A stretch of DNA of 64,000 nucleotides from Bacteroidales bacterium (lineage in GTDB: Bacteria > Bacteroidota > Bacteroidia > Bacteroidales > VadinHA17), in assembly GCA_046329875.1 (NCBI GenBank), contig JAXLTT010000008.1, forward strand, positions 62,365 to 126,364, in the 5' to 3' direction. Both the position numbers and the translations under genes were made by a program. The notes under the pieces are model-generated. The model did not search any database. It saw only the letters and a program-made list of their open reading frames with translations, and had not been told where the DNA came from. Below are positions 1 through 8,577 of this stretch, piece after piece. Numbering within the stretch: the stretch's first letter is position 1; the number at the start of each line of letters is the position of its first letter.

Positions 1-2
1 TG

Positions 3-1544
3 ACGACGGATCATAAGAGGATCGGGCTGCTTTATCTTTATGCTATTGTTGTATTCTTCTTTATTGCAGCGATCCTGGGGCTGCTAATGAGGATCGAGCT
101 TATAGCCCCGGGACAAACAATAATGGGACCACAGACCTATAACGGTTTGTTCACGATACACGGGGTAATAATGATCTTCATAATAGTTATCCCGGCACTC
201 CCTGCGGTGTTCGGCAACTTCTTCCTGCCCATAATGATAGGGGCCAGGGATGTTGCATTTCCCAAGCTGAATCTTTTCTCCTTTTATCTTTTCATCCTTG
301 GGGCAATACTTGGAGTGCTCTCACAGTTTGCTGGCAACGGGCCTCCCGACACCGGCTGGACCTTCTATGTTCCATACAGCGCACAGTCGAACACAAACGT
401 CATCTTTGCCCTTGTAGCCGCTTTCATACTGGGATTCTCCTCGATACTTACAGGTCTTAATTTCATTGTTACAATACACAGGATGAGGGCGCCGGGAATG
501 GGATGGTTCAGGATGCCGCTGTTTCCATGGTCACTTTACGCAACAGCCTGGATCCAGGTTCTTGCAACTCCTATCGTCGGGATAACCCTGCTTATGGTAA
601 TTGCAGAAAGGGTCCTTCACATAGGATTTTTTGACCCGGCTCTTGGTGGCGACCCTGTACTTTTCCAGCACCTTTTCTGGATATACTCGCACCCGGCAGT
701 ATACATCATGATACTCCCGGCCATGGGTATCGTTACAGAGATCTTCCCGACCTTCAGCCAGAAACCCGTATTCGGTTACGGTGCAATAGCAATGTCGAGC
801 CTGGCAATCGCTTTTGTAGGCTACTTTGTCTGGGGTCATCATATGTTTACATCTGGTACAAGCTACGCATCGAGGTGGGTCTTTTCCTTCCTGACGTTTA
901 TCGTTGCAGTTCCGAGTGCGATAAAGGTCTTTAACTGGATCTCAACTATGTATGGCGGTTCCATTGACCTGAAGCCACCGCTTCTCTATGCAATATCATT
1001 TATCTTCCTTTTCATGATCGGCGGTTTTACAGGGCTTACACTTGGTTCACTTGCAACAAATATCCAGGTTCATGCCACCGCATTCGTGGTTGCACATTTC
1101 CATTACATAATTTTCGGCGGAATGGGATTTGCCACTTTTGCCGGGATTCATTACTGGTTCCCGAAAATGTTCGGGAGGATGTATAACAACAGGGTTGCCA
1201 ATATAGCCTGGGGCATAACATTTACAGGGTTTAACCTGCTGTACTTCCCTCAGTTCATTATAGGAATCCAGGGTATGCCAAGGAGGTACTTCGATTACCT
1301 TCCGCAGTTCCAGCCTGCACAGATAATATCGACTGTAGGCGGCTTTATCCTTATCACAGGCCTCGTGATGATGGTAGTCAACCTTATGAGGGCAGCACGC
1401 AAAGGAGAGATTGCCCCTGCCAACCCGTGGAAAGGAGTAACCCTTGAATGGCAGATTCCATCTCCACCGACCCACGAGAATTTTGATGAAATACCCGAGA
1501 TAAAAAACAAACCTTACCTGTTCGGAACAGGAACCAACGAGTAA
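3..1544 (+). CDS. ctaD: cytochrome c oxidase subunit I (heme-copper oxidase, A2 type), 5' end cut by window edge
   Basis: The frame is open from nt 3 (TTDHKRIGLLYLY...) upstream of the first Met at 87. Polytopic membrane protein with subunit I hallmarks: WGHHMFTSG, VAHFHYIIFGG, FWIYSHPAVYIMILP (YSHPxV instead of GHPEV). Confidence 0.95.
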   Translation, partial: TTDHKRIGLLYLYAIVVFFFIAAILGLLMRIELIAPGQTIMGPQTYNGLFTIHGVIMIFIIVIPALPAVFGNFFLPIMIGARDVAFPKLNLFSFYLFILGAILGVLSQFAGNGPPDTGWTFYVPYSAQSNTNVIFALVAAFILGFSSILTGLNFIVTIHRMRAPGMGWFRMPLFPWSLYATAWIQVLATPIVGITLLMVIAERVLHIGFFDPALGGDPVLFQHLFWIYSHPAVYIMILPAMGIVTEIFPTFSQKPVFGYGAIAMSSLAIAFVGYFVWGHHMFTSGTSYASRWVFSFLTFIVAVPSAIKVFNWISTMYGGSIDLKPPLLYAISFIFLFMIGGFTGLTLGSLATNIQVHATAFVVAHFHYIIFGGMGFATFAGIHYWFPKMFGRMYNNRVANIAWGITFTGFNLLYFPQFIIGIQGMPRRYFDYLPQFQPAQIISTVGGFILITGLVMMVVNLMRAARKGEIAPANPWKGVTLEWQIPSPPTHENFDEIPEIKNKPYLFGTGTNE

Positions 1545-1557
1545 TTACTGAAGCAAA

Positions 1558-2172
1558 ATGACAGAACATCACGCAGAACACGGGCATATTGACCTGGAGA
1601 CAGGCAAGCTTGGAATGTGGATCTTCCTGTTGACAGAGCTCTTTCTGTTCGGGGGACTTTTTCTCGTTTATGCCGTATTCAGGGCCCAGTATTCAGCCGA
1701 TTTTCACAGTGCAGCAGAAGAGCTGAATACTTTCATTGGCACACTTAACACTGTTTTCCTGCTTACAAGCAGTATGACGGTCGCCATGGCACTGACTGCA
1801 ATACAGAAGAATAAGCCCAACCTGGCGCTCCTCCTTGTGCTGATCACGCTTGTTTTTGCCCTTCTCTTCATGGTGAACAAGTATTTTGAATGGACACATA
1901 AATTCCATTTTCACATTTTCCCGGGATCTCCTGTTCTGAAAAACCTTCCCCGCGGGGAACTGCTGTTTTTCGGACTGTATTACATGATGACCGGGCTTCA
2001 TGCACTTCACGTATTCGTCGGGATGGTACTTCTTTCAATCAACATGGTTAAGATCAGGAAGGGAACAGTAAATGCTGCCCATTACCTTATGCTTGAGAAC
2101 AGCGCCCTTTACTGGCACCTTGTGGACCTCATCTGGATCTTCCTTTTCCCTTTGCTATACCTGATAACCTAA
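1558..2172 (+). CDS. ctaE: cytochrome c oxidase subunit III (short 5-TM form)
   Basis: Contains GLYYMMTGLHALHVFVG and ALYWHLVDLIWIFLFPLLYL. Lies directly after subunit I. Confidence 0.9.
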   Translation: MTEHHAEHGHIDLETGKLGMWIFLLTELFLFGGLFLVYAVFRAQYSADFHSAAEELNTFIGTLNTVFLLTSSMTVAMALTAIQKNKPNLALLLVLITLVFALLFMVNKYFEWTHKFHFHIFPGSPVLKNLPRGELLFFGLYYMMTGLHALHVFVGMVLLSINMVKIRKGTVNAAHYLMLENSALYWHLVDLIWIFLFPLLYLIT

Positions 2173-2184
2173 AACAGCAGTAAA

Positions 2185-2469
2185 ATGACTAACGAAAAAC
2201 ATCATATTTCAAGCTTCATGTCACTTGCAGTAGTGCTTGTGATATTACTGGCACTCACAACTCTTTCCGTAGCCGTGACATCCTATCACCTTGGGGCCTT
2301 TGCCGTTGCAGTAGCCCTTCTCATTGCAAGCGTCAAGGTTACGGTTGTTATTACCCAGTACATGCACATGAAGTTTGAAAGCCTGTTTCTGAAACTGATG
2401 ATTGCAGGGGTATTCCTGATTTTTGCCCTTGTAATCATTATTACATTCATCGATTATTTATACCGTTAA
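2185..2469 (+). CDS. cytochrome c oxidase subunit IV family small membrane protein
   Basis: 94 aa with 3 predicted TM helices. It follows subunit III after a 12-nt gap, which is the typical prokaryotic COX4 position. Confidence 0.7.
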   Translation: MTNEKHHISSFMSLAVVLVILLALTTLSVAVTSYHLGAFAVAVALLIASVKVTVVITQYMHMKFESLFLKLMIAGVFLIFALVIIITFIDYLYR

Positions 2470-2487
2470 AACCGTAATAGAAACAAT

Positions 2488-3417
2488 ATGTTTTCAGGCG
2501 CATCAAATCTGGCAGCAGGGGTCGATAAAGCTTTCATCTTTATCTTCTCCATTGCTTTTATTTTCATTATAGGAATTACCGTCTTCATGATCTACAGCGT
2601 TATCCATTTCAACAGGAAGAAAGGTAAGCCGGCCAGGCAGTTTTCGGGAAGTAACAAGCTCGAAGCCATATGGACAGGCATCCCACTGATACTTGTCCTT
2701 TTAATGTTCTATTTCGGCTGGGTTGGATTCGCCCCTATGCGTAATCCTCCTAAAGATGCAATGACAGTGACAGCAATAGGAAGGAAATGGGAGTTCGAAT
2801 TTGATTACGGGAACGGGATGAAATCAAAACAGCTCGTGCTGCCGGTAAATAAACCTGTAAGGATTAATCTTAAGTCGGAGGACGTGAATCACAGCCTTTC
2901 AATACCTGCTTTCCGGGTGAAAGAGGATATGATCCCCAGCTACAACGACTATCTCTGGTTCACACCCACATATGTCGGAAGCTTCCAGATATTCTGCAGT
3001 GAATATTGCGGACTGCTTCATTCAGCAATGCTTTCTAAAGCAATTATAAAGGAACAGCCTGACTTTGACAAGTGGTTTGAGGAACTTAAGAAGACTGAAA
3101 TAAAGCCTGATCATCCGGGTCTCGTGCTTGTGCGTAATACAGGCTGTCTTGCATGTCATTCACTTGACGGATCAAAGCTTGTGGGACCATCTTTCAAGGG
3201 ACTGTACGGCTCGATGAGGGATGAGGTTACACCCGGAGGACTGAAGAAAATCCTTGCTGATACTGCCTTTATCAGGCGTGCGATTTATGAACCGGACGCA
3301 GAAATGGCTCTTGGTTATGGAAGGTCGCTAATGAAAACCTATAAGGGTATTGTCAGCGAGCAGGATCTTGTAACAATTACAGATTACCTTAAAACACTGG
3401 GCACAACTGAGAAGTAG
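2488..3417 (+). CDS. ctaC: cytochrome c oxidase subunit II with fused C-terminal monoheme cytochrome c (caa3 type)
   Basis: Two N-terminal TM helices. Cupredoxin domain with CuA ligands (NHSLSIP; CSEYCGLLHSAM). C-terminal CLACH heme-c motif. Confidence 0.9.
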   Translation: MFSGASNLAAGVDKAFIFIFSIAFIFIIGITVFMIYSVIHFNRKKGKPARQFSGSNKLEAIWTGIPLILVLLMFYFGWVGFAPMRNPPKDAMTVTAIGRKWEFEFDYGNGMKSKQLVLPVNKPVRINLKSEDVNHSLSIPAFRVKEDMIPSYNDYLWFTPTYVGSFQIFCSEYCGLLHSAMLSKAIIKEQPDFDKWFEELKKTEIKPDHPGLVLVRNTGCLACHSLDGSKLVGPSFKGLYGSMRDEVTPGGLKKILADTAFIRRAIYEPDAEMALGYGRSLMKTYKGIVSEQDLVTITDYLKTLGTTEK

Positions 3418-3418
3418 G

Positions 3419-4276
3419 ATGAAAAAGGCAGCCCTTTTTCCTGATCTGATAAAATACAGGCTTTCCCTTGCAGTAACATTTTCTGCTGTAACAGGCTATT
3501 TTGTCTCAGGGAGGTACTCAACAGGATCATTCTTTTTTCTCGTAACAGGAATATTCATCCTTACCTGCGGAGCCGCAGCTTTAAATCAGTATACAGAGAA
3601 GGATATTGACGCCAGGATGGAACGGACAAAAAACAGGCCGGTCCCGGCCGGGCGTATAAGACCGGAGACGGCCCTGGCGGTTTCAATAATACTCATTATC
3701 TCAGGCTCTTTATTGCTGGGCATTTGCGGTGTTATTCCATTCATACTTGGACTACTTTCCGTTTTTATTTACAACATAGTTTACACAAGGCTCAAGAGAA
3801 TAACCCTGTTTTCGATCATTCCCGGGGCCCTGGTTGGAGCTTTGCCCCCTATGATAGGTTTTGCCTCATCCGGGGCGGAAATGCCCGGAAAAGAGATTAT
3901 TTTATTCTCCTCGTTCATGTTCCTCTGGCAGGTACCTCATTTCTGGTTAATCCTTATAAGGAACAGGGAGGATTACCTGAGGGCTGGCTTCAGGACCTTC
4001 TCTTCATCATTTCCGGAGTATGTAATCAGGTTGCTTGTATTCGGGTGGGCGCTCATGACAACCCTGTCGCTAATAATATTATCAGCAGCCGGGGTGGCGC
4101 TTACAGGGATATTTAATTATATCCTTATCGGGTTAAATATATTTTTCATCTTAATGTTCTATTCTCTCCTCTTCAGCAAAGAAAAAACTGTATCTGTCAA
4201 AATGGCTTTTATGCTTATAAACAGCTTCAGTCTTGCAATAATGATACTCTTTATACTGGATGCGGTACTTAAATAG
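3419..4276 (+). CDS. ctaB: protoheme IX farnesyltransferase (heme O synthase)
   Basis: Polytopic UbiA-family prenyltransferase with NQYTEKDIDARMERTKNRPVPAG. Starts 1 nt after the subunit II stop. Confidence 0.9.
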   Translation: MKKAALFPDLIKYRLSLAVTFSAVTGYFVSGRYSTGSFFFLVTGIFILTCGAAALNQYTEKDIDARMERTKNRPVPAGRIRPETALAVSIILIISGSLLLGICGVIPFILGLLSVFIYNIVYTRLKRITLFSIIPGALVGALPPMIGFASSGAEMPGKEIILFSSFMFLWQVPHFWLILIRNREDYLRAGFRTFSSSFPEYVIRLLVFGWALMTTLSLIILSAAGVALTGIFNYILIGLNIFFILMFYSLLFSKEKTVSVKMAFMLINSFSLAIMILFILDAVLK

Positions 4277-4343
4277 GATCGAACTTCACTTGAGGATACA
4301 TGCCTGACCACGTGACTGATTAGCCAGGTATTCGTCAAATTTT

Positions 4344-4375
4344 TTTGTTCATTAACTCCCGGTATCTTAAATTTG
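4344..4375 (+). promoter_or_regulatory. candidate Bacteroidota-type promoter (TTTG -33 / TAAATTTG -7)
   Basis: TTTG at 4344-4347 and TAAATTTG (TAnnTTTG) at 4368-4375, with a 20-nt spacer. The -7 box ends 57 nt upstream of the ATG at 4432. Confidence 0.3.
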
Positions 4376-4431
4376 TTTACAATATATACCGCTAATAATC
4401 GTTATCTAAACATTATTCAATACAACCTGCC

Positions 4432-5256
4432 ATGAAGAAATACTTTATTATATCTGCACTTGTCCTGGCATTTTGCATCATGTTCCAGGGCTGCAAGAAA
4501 GTAGGTGATCCCCCCGCATTACCACCAGCCGAATCGATGACTATCGACTTCAGCAACTTTGTATCTACAACAAAATCAGCTTTTGTAATTAATGATCCTA
4601 AAGCTGTTGAGAATACAAACTGGACTGTTGCTGCCACTGTTGCAAGTATCTGGAATACAATACTTGTTACAAAAATTGCAGTGCCTGTTGCATCTTTCGC
4701 TAAGGCCATGCAGGTGTCGCCGACCTACCTTGATAATAAAACCTGGCAATGGTCATATTCTGTCACGGCACTTGCAGCAACATACAAGGCCCGGCTTACA
4801 GGCCAGATAATATCCACCGGGGTAAAATGGGAAATGTATATTGCGAAAGAAGGTGCCGGGAGCTACACAGAATTCCTGTGGTATGAAGGGACCACCGCCC
4901 TTGACGGCAAGAGTGGTACATGGACAATTAACGAAAGTCATGAAAACCAGAACCCGATGCTCCAGATTGACTGGACAAAAGATGGCACAAACGTCGGGAT
5001 GGTTAAGTATACATACGTAAAGGACGGCGAGAGCTTCAAAACCAGTTATATTGAATATGGGCTGACCTCCAGCACTCTCAACGCATACTACACTGTGTAT
5101 TTCTGGGAATCTACAAAACTGAAATTCACTACAGTTAACATTGAATGGAGCACAAGCGCTTTCAATGGCCGTGTTAAAGCTCCTGACTACTTTCTCGACA
5201 GCAACTGGTATTGCTGGGACGCTAATTTTAACGATGTTGCATGCCCGGCCAGGTAG
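4432..5256 (+). CDS. lipoprotein of unknown function
   Basis: Signal peptide with lipobox (CIMFQG-C). Beta-rich, Trp/Tyr-rich mature part. I recognise no family. Confidence 0.6.
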   Translation: MKKYFIISALVLAFCIMFQGCKKVGDPPALPPAESMTIDFSNFVSTTKSAFVINDPKAVENTNWTVAATVASIWNTILVTKIAVPVASFAKAMQVSPTYLDNKTWQWSYSVTALAATYKARLTGQIISTGVKWEMYIAKEGAGSYTEFLWYEGTTALDGKSGTWTINESHENQNPMLQIDWTKDGTNVGMVKYTYVKDGESFKTSYIEYGLTSSTLNAYYTVYFWESTKLKFTTVNIEWSTSAFNGRVKAPDYFLDSNWYCWDANFNDVACPAR

Positions 5257-5277
5257 CCAGGCAACAAACGAAAATAT

Positions 5278-5309
5278 AAAAAGAGGGTCGATGATAAGCC
5301 CTCTTTTTT
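5278..5309. terminator. bidirectional intrinsic terminator hairpin
   Basis: AAAAAGAGGG (5278-5287) pairs with CCCTCTTTTT (5299-5308). An A-run and T-run flank it, and it lies between convergent gene ends (5256 + and 5318 -). Confidence 0.6.
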
Positions 5310-5317
5310 ATTGCCGG

Positions 5318-5977
5318 TTAAAGTGCAGCTATCTTTTTTAATTCGTCCGATTCAACTATCCTGCTTCCGCTGCCGTCGGCAAGAAGACTTATCATTGCCT
5401 TTGCCACATCACCGCCATGAATCGCCCTGAACCTTGCCAGTTTGCCGAACATCACAGGTCCCACTGCCTTCATTACAACTTTCCCTACAAACTCCCCAGC
5501 CCTTCTTTCCTTCCTGTCACCCAGGAGCATTGACGGACGGACGATAACTGTCCTGTCAAAGGGAAGTGACAGAATTCCCTGCTCCATCTCCCCTTTTATC
5601 CTCAGGTAGTAATTTGATGAGCTTGCCGAAGCACCGATTGATGAAACAACTGCAACACGCTTTACATTGCTTGCTGAGGCTGCCCTGGCAATTTCAATTG
5701 GCAGGTCGCGGTCTATCTTTTCCATATTTGAAACCGAACCGGCTTTGCGTATTGTGGTTCCTATACAGATAAACAGATCGTCTCCTTTTATCCCCGACGA
5801 ATAATTTGCAGGGTCGGAAAGATCTGCCACAATTTCTTCAACCATTGATTCACTTACACCGGTTGGCTGGCGCACAAAAGTTTTTACAGAGGAATATTTC
5901 CCGGATCTCACAAGTTCTTCAACAAGGAGATTTCCCACAAGACCGGTTGATCCGAATACTATTGCTACTCGTTCCAT
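5318..5977 (-). CDS. NAD(P)H-binding atypical SDR oxidoreductase
   Basis: Rossmann motif VAIVFGSTGLVGNLL. I chose the ATG at 5977; the tracked ORF extends to a TTG at 6007. Confidence 0.7.
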   Translation of the reverse strand: MERVAIVFGSTGLVGNLLVEELVRSGKYSSVKTFVRQPTGVSESMVEEIVADLSDPANYSSGIKGDDLFICIGTTIRKAGSVSNMEKIDRDLPIEIARAASASNVKRVAVVSSIGASASSSNYYLRIKGEMEQGILSLPFDRTVIVRPSMLLGDRKERRAGEFVGKVVMKAVGPVMFGKLARFRAIHGGDVAKAMISLLADGSGSRIVESDELKKIAAL

Positions 5978-6141
5978 TTCTGCCTGTTTTAGTTTTTTGC
6001 TCCTCAAAGCTATACAATTTGTAAAACATACCCATTCTCCCGGTCCTTAAGGGGCGGTATAGCACCCACTCCTTCGATAAATAAAAAAATATTTGCACAG
6101 TAATTTTATTTCATTTTACTTTGTATCTCAAAGTTCTTTAT

Positions 6142-6777
6142 ATGGAAAACAATTTCTCCTCTGCAGATGAACTGAAAACCATCAGGAAGATCATGGAAGA
6201 ATCATCAAGGTTCCTTTCCATAAGCGGTCTTTCTGGTGTTTTTATGGGCTCCTTTGCCATAATAGGTGCTGCCGTTGCATGGGTCCTCATCCTCCATAAC
6301 GGATCTGTAAAATACGACGAGTATTTCAGAAACCTTACAGGAACAGGTACCCCGGCACTGCGATTAGGCCTTATCACCGATGCGATCCTGGTGCTTGTCT
6401 TTTCTGTCATCACTGCAATATGGTTTTCTGCCCGCAAGGCAAGGAAAGCAGGGAAAAGTCTCTGGACGCCGGTTTCAAGAAGGCTTCTCGTAAACCTTTC
6501 TATTCCCCTTGTCACAGGCGGGATTTTCATAATAATACTTCTCCTGCAGAATCATATTCAGCTCCTTGTTCCCGGGATGCTCATATTCTACGGACTTGCC
6601 CTCATAAATGCAGGTAAGTTCACATACAGTGAGATCTTTTACCTGGGTATTCTTGAAATAATTACCGGCCTTGCATCTGCTGTTTTTCCATCGGCAGGCA
6701 TCCTGTTCTGGGTCTTCGGATTCGGATTGCTTCATATCGGTTACGGACTGTTCATGTACAGAAAATACGAATCATGA
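6142..6777 (+). CDS. hypothetical polytopic membrane protein
   Basis: About 5 hydrophobic helices. ATG at 6142 (the track starts at a TTG at 6121). Its stop overlaps the next gene's start (ATGA at 6774-6777). Confidence 0.6.
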   Translation: MENNFSSADELKTIRKIMEESSRFLSISGLSGVFMGSFAIIGAAVAWVLILHNGSVKYDEYFRNLTGTGTPALRLGLITDAILVLVFSVITAIWFSARKARKAGKSLWTPVSRRLLVNLSIPLVTGGIFIIILLLQNHIQLLVPGMLIFYGLALINAGKFTYSEIFYLGILEIITGLASAVFPSAGILFWVFGFGLLHIGYGLFMYRKYES

Positions 6778-7070
6778 AGGAGTTGATCGCCGGGCTCAAT
6801 AAAATCTTCGACAGCAGGATAAGGCTGGGCATAATGTCGGTCCTGATTGTAAACGAACATTATGACTTTAACAGTCTTAAGGAGGCACTTGATGTAACCG
6901 ACGGAAACCTGGCCAGTCATCTTAAAGCCCTGGAAGAAAAAAATATGATAAGGGTTAACAAACAGTTCATAGGGCGCAAGCCAAACACAAGCTATTCTAT
7001 AACCGAGGAAGGGAGACAGGCTTTCCGCGATCACCTTAGAAACCTCGAGGAACTTATCAAGGGAAAATAA
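6774..7070 (+). CDS. winged-helix transcriptional regulator (small ArsR/PadR-like wHTH)
   Basis: 98 aa. SRIRLGIMSVL...GNLASHLKALEE...ITEEGRQAF is a wHTH pattern. Translationally coupled to the upstream membrane protein. Confidence 0.7.
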   Translation: MKELIAGLNKIFDSRIRLGIMSVLIVNEHYDFNSLKEALDVTDGNLASHLKALEEKNMIRVNKQFIGRKPNTSYSITEEGRQAFRDHLRNLEELIKGK

Positions 7071-7087
7071 TTTTTTTTATACAGATA

Positions 7088-7102
7088 CTTTGAATTTCAA
7101 AG
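7088..7102. promoter_or_regulatory. 15-bp perfect palindrome CTTTGAA-T-TTCAAAG upstream of creD
   Basis: Read directly from the sequence. Lies in the 57-nt gap between the wHTH regulator gene and creD. Candidate operator or RNA hairpin. Confidence 0.25.
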
Positions 7103-7127
7103 CACTTTAACAATTAAAATATCTTAT

Positions 7128-8441
7128 ATGAAAATTGAAATTACAAATCAGGGTAAATGGTATCAGTCGTTAACGCTGAAACTCGGATTACTTGCGTTTC
7201 TTGGTCTTGTTCTGCTTATACCCCTTGAGCTTATCAAGGAAACTATTCGCGAAAGGCAGAATAACGCAGAAAAGGTAAAGAAAGAGATAGGAAGCCAGTG
7301 GGCTGATCCACAGTATGTCTCAGGTCCTGTGCTCAACATCCCGGTGGTCACAATCCCAAAACAAAAAGATGAGAAACCCGAAACCCTCATCTGGCACGTA
7401 ATGCCGGAATCCCTGAATATAACAGGAACACTGGCTCCGGAAAAACGTTACAGGGGTATCTACCAGTCGGTTGTATACACTTCACTCCTTAAACTAAGCG
7501 GGGGGTTTTCAATACCCTCCGAAACTGAACTTGCGAATTTCAGGGTCCTGCTGAATGAGGCCTATTTCACAATGGGAATCTCCGACAACAGGGGGCTAAA
7601 AGGTGCTGTCAAGATGACAATCGACTCATCCACTATCGATGCTGAACCGGGTGTGCGCGACAAGGATCTTTACAAATCCGGAATTACCTTTCCATACCCG
7701 GTCTCATCAGGTAAAAGATTGGTGGCATACAGCATCGATCTAAATCTCTCAGGCTCTGAAGGCATTTATTTCTGCCCTGCAGGCAAATCCACAAAGGTCA
7801 GTCTTGCGTCAGCATGGAACGCACCCAGTTTCAGCGGCAGCTTCCTGCCTGCGTCAAGGAAGATCAACGATAATGGATTCTCGGCAGAATGGGCAGTTAC
7901 CCATCTTAACAGGAATTTCCCGCAGAGCTGGACCGGCGGTGATTTCAATTTAAGGGAGAGTTCTTTCGGCGTTGACCTTTTCCTTACGGTTGATCATTAT
8001 CAGAAATCATGGAGAAGTGCAAGGTACGGGCTGCTCTTCATAGCTCTTACCTTCCTTGTACTCATCTTCCTTGAAATTACAAGAAAAGAGCCTATACATA
8101 TCTTCCATTATTTCCTTGTTTCCCTGGCCCTCCTGCTGTTCTTCTCAATGCTTAATGCACTGAGCGAACAAACAGGTTTCGGTATCGCATACCTGCTGTC
8201 GTCATCGGCTACAATTGTCCTTATCTCATCTTTTACAGCGGCGCTGTTCAGCAACAGGAAAATGGCATTGATCGTGTTTGGTATGCTTGTAATGCTTTAC
8301 ACATTCATATACGTTCTGCTCACGCTTAACGACTATGCCTACCTCGCAGGGAACATAGGTCTGTTTGTGTTGCTGGCTGTGGTTATGGGACTTGCCTCAA
8401 GGATGAACATATTCAGGAACAACGAAGAGAGTCTTGGTTAA
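7128..8441 (+). CDS. creD: cell envelope integrity inner membrane protein CreD
   Basis: N-terminal TM helix, a large periplasmic region, then a C-terminal 5-TM bundle. The N-terminal pattern LIPLxLIxxxIxERQ and the overall layout are typical of the CreD family. Confidence 0.8.
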   Translation: MKIEITNQGKWYQSLTLKLGLLAFLGLVLLIPLELIKETIRERQNNAEKVKKEIGSQWADPQYVSGPVLNIPVVTIPKQKDEKPETLIWHVMPESLNITGTLAPEKRYRGIYQSVVYTSLLKLSGGFSIPSETELANFRVLLNEAYFTMGISDNRGLKGAVKMTIDSSTIDAEPGVRDKDLYKSGITFPYPVSSGKRLVAYSIDLNLSGSEGIYFCPAGKSTKVSLASAWNAPSFSGSFLPASRKINDNGFSAEWAVTHLNRNFPQSWTGGDFNLRESSFGVDLFLTVDHYQKSWRSARYGLLFIALTFLVLIFLEITRKEPIHIFHYFLVSLALLLFFSMLNALSEQTGFGIAYLLSSSATIVLISSFTAALFSNRKMALIVFGMLVMLYTFIYVLLTLNDYAYLAGNIGLFVLLAVVMGLASRMNIFRNNEESLG

Positions 8442-8455
8442 TCCCGTAGGTGATT

Positions 8456-8566
8456 AAAAACTCCTTTGTGTTCTTTGTGTGCACTTTGTGACCTTAGTGG
8501 TAAGACTTTTTAAATTTAACCACAAAGAGCACTAAGGTTAACACGAAGTCGCACAAAGGGGTTTTT
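8456..8566. repeat. heptad-array palindromic (REP-like) element, probable bidirectional terminator, copy 1
   Basis: Left arm: CTTTGTG x3 plus CTTAGTG at 8464, 8473, 8484, 8493. Right arm: CACAAAG, CACTAAG, CACGAAG, CACAAAG at 8521, 8530, 8542, 8552. Outer stem AAAAACTCCTTTGTG pairs with CACAAAGGGGTTTTT. Lies between convergent creD and the URO-D-like gene. Confidence 0.7.
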
Positions 8567-8577
8567 ATTTACCTTTC

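Noticed and set aside
3724-4116. 130-aa same-strand, alternative-frame ORF inside ctaB
   Set aside because: It is out of frame within a well-supported UbiA-family gene. The product is Arg/Gly-rich with no membrane or domain features.
8456-8566. CRISPR array interpretation of the repeated short motifs at 8.5 and 52.3 kb
   Set aside because: The units are 7-mers at 9-12 bp spacing arranged as inverted arms, not 25-40 bp direct repeats separated by unique spacers. No cas genes are present in the window.
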